Below, piece after piece: positions 53,189 through 54,197 of a DNA stretch of 54,197 bases. Below the pieces are notes generated by a model, which saw nothing but the letters and a program-made list of their open reading frames with translations, made no database searches and was not told where the DNA came from. Where the stretch lies: positions 1 through 54,197 of the IMG/VR virus record IMGVR_UViG_3300010160_000057; one strand, given 5' to 3'. The stretch comes from a virus. Taxonomy: Duplodnaviria; Caudoviricetes. The first letter of the stretch is position 1; each line of letters opens with the position of its first letter. Position numbers and translations under genes: made by a program.

Positions 53189-53196
53189 CAAATATA
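53189..53196 (-). promoter_or_regulatory. -7 promoter element TATATTTG for groEL
   Basis: CAAATATA upstream of the ATG at 53162. Confidence 0.6.
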
Positions 53197-53208
53197 GTAC
53201 AATAAATT

Positions 53209-53334
53209 CTAATTAAACCCGTATTTAGAAAAAATATTTGATAAAATTATAATACTTATGTATAAAAGTATGCAGAAAGCTAATTTTCTTAACTCATCAG
53301 GTGTAGGATTCTCGTCTTGGTTGTTGTAAGTCAT
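53209..53334 (-). CDS. small membrane peptide (41 aa)
   Basis: Read manually: MTYNNQDENPTPDELRKLAFCILLYISIIILSNIFSKYGFN. Confidence 0.45.
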   Translation of the reverse strand: MTYNNQDENPTPDELRKLAFCILLYISIIILSNIFSKYGFN

Positions 53335-53335
53335 T

Positions 53336-53525
53336 ATGTCGAATGTCGATTTTAGTATTTCCTATATATATATATATAATTTCCCTTTATATATTTTTTT
53401 TTCCACTATATTCTCTTCTTTTTTTCGACATTATCGTCGCAAAAGAAATAATATATTAATAATCAAATAGTTAGAAAAATCAAATCGTCGCAAAAACGTC
53501 GTAAAATATAGCCGATTATGTCGAT
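53336..53525. promoter_or_regulatory. origin-like element B, same architecture as element A
   Basis: TGTCG 53337 and 53344; (TA)n 53363-78; CGACA 53426; CGTCG 53435, 53486, 53497; AATCAAATAGTTA 53461-73 (IHF consensus). Confidence 0.55.
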
Positions 53526-53532
53526 TTTTGAT

Positions 53533-53568
53533 AAAAAAAGAACAGAGCATCAATAATGACACTCTGTT
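53533..53568 (-). terminator. intrinsic terminator
   Basis: AACAGAG...CTCTGTT stem with an A7 run on its left. Confidence 0.6.
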
Positions 53569-53583
53569 GATTGTTGGTTTTGA

Positions 53584-53820
53584 TTACATACAATGCTCTC
53601 CCATATCAGAATTCATTTCTCCAATTGTAAAAGCAGCCGACATAGTAGCTATTTTCTCAGCTCTATGAATAGATTTTTTTAATTGTGCAATGTGTGCAAT
53701 TCCGGTTTGACCATCAGGGCGATTGTTAATCAACATACCATCGTTAACTGTAAGTCCACTATAAGAACCTCCGTTCTTTTGTTGGTAAATACTGTTCTTC
53801 AAATTTAAAGGCTGTTTCAT
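53584..53820 (-). CDS. hypothetical protein
   Basis: ORF track; has its own promoter and terminator. Confidence 0.65.
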   Translation of the reverse strand: MKQPLNLKNSIYQQKNGGSYSGLTVNDGMLINNRPDGQTGIAHIAQLKKSIHRAEKIATMSAAFTIGEMNSDMGEHCM

Positions 53821-53845
53821 CTTTACGTTTTTTAAAAGTTCACTA

Positions 53846-53853
53846 CAAAGATA
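53846..53853 (-). promoter_or_regulatory. -7 promoter element TATCTTTG
   Basis: CAAAGATA upstream of the ATG at 53820. Confidence 0.6.
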
Positions 53854-54197
53854 TAATTTTTATTAGATAATAGTAGTGTTTGGGTATTATACCCATTTTA
53901 CGTCAACTGCCCTCAGCCGAAAGTCGATATTTTTTTAGGTGGGTAGGTTTGCAATTTGCAAACTTTGTCCCGATTTTTTGGCTTTTTTGGTAGACACCTT
54001 TGCACCTTTGCCCGTCCCACACTCGCACACGCCTCCCGTGTCCGTTTCCCGTTTGACTTAGTTGCACCTTTGCACGTTTACCACGCCTCGCACCCGTGCC
54101 ACACATAGCCGACAACAAACGACTACAAACGTTTACAAAGTTTTAAGATATAATAGACTTTGCCTAACATCAGCCCGAAAATTTCAACGCCTCACAA

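Noticed and set aside
53903-54118. 71-aa ORF at the right end
   Set aside because: Atypical composition, non-ATG start, and made of short DNA repeats
1-54197. Alternative genetic code
   Set aside because: Genes tile densely under the standard code and TAA, TAG and TGA all act as stops

Overview
This window is most of the genome of an AT-rich tailed phage, probably podovirus-like and infecting Bacteroidota/Flavobacteria (TAnnTTTG promoters, A-rich leaders without Shine-Dalgarno sites). The + strand arm (1-12.8 kb) carries replication and recombination genes: Sak-like annealing protein, exonuclease, adenine methyltransferase, SSB-like protein, primase-helicase, SF2 helicase, VRR-NUC and two DnaA domain IV-like proteins. 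The - strand arm (12.8-53.8 kb) carries virion, lysis and chaperonin genes: internal/ejection proteins, tail, major capsid, scaffold, portal, terminase, fibres, spanin/endolysin/holin, GroES and GroEL. No DNA polymerase, integrase or CRISPR array was recognised. Five signals are not explained by the gene list. (1) Five adjacent small genes with unrelated bodies share an N-terminal RPDTPLAxTPxP tag. (2) Eight short genes form a cassette array joined by a ~22-bp repeat. (3) Two covarying copies of an RNA pseudoknot flank a tRNA-like element upstream of the ssb-like gene. (4) Two distant origin-like elements share iterons, an IHF consensus and matching spacing. (5) CCAG/CTGG and GATC appear strongly avoided. 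All protein calls come from motif recognition by eye; no database searches were run.
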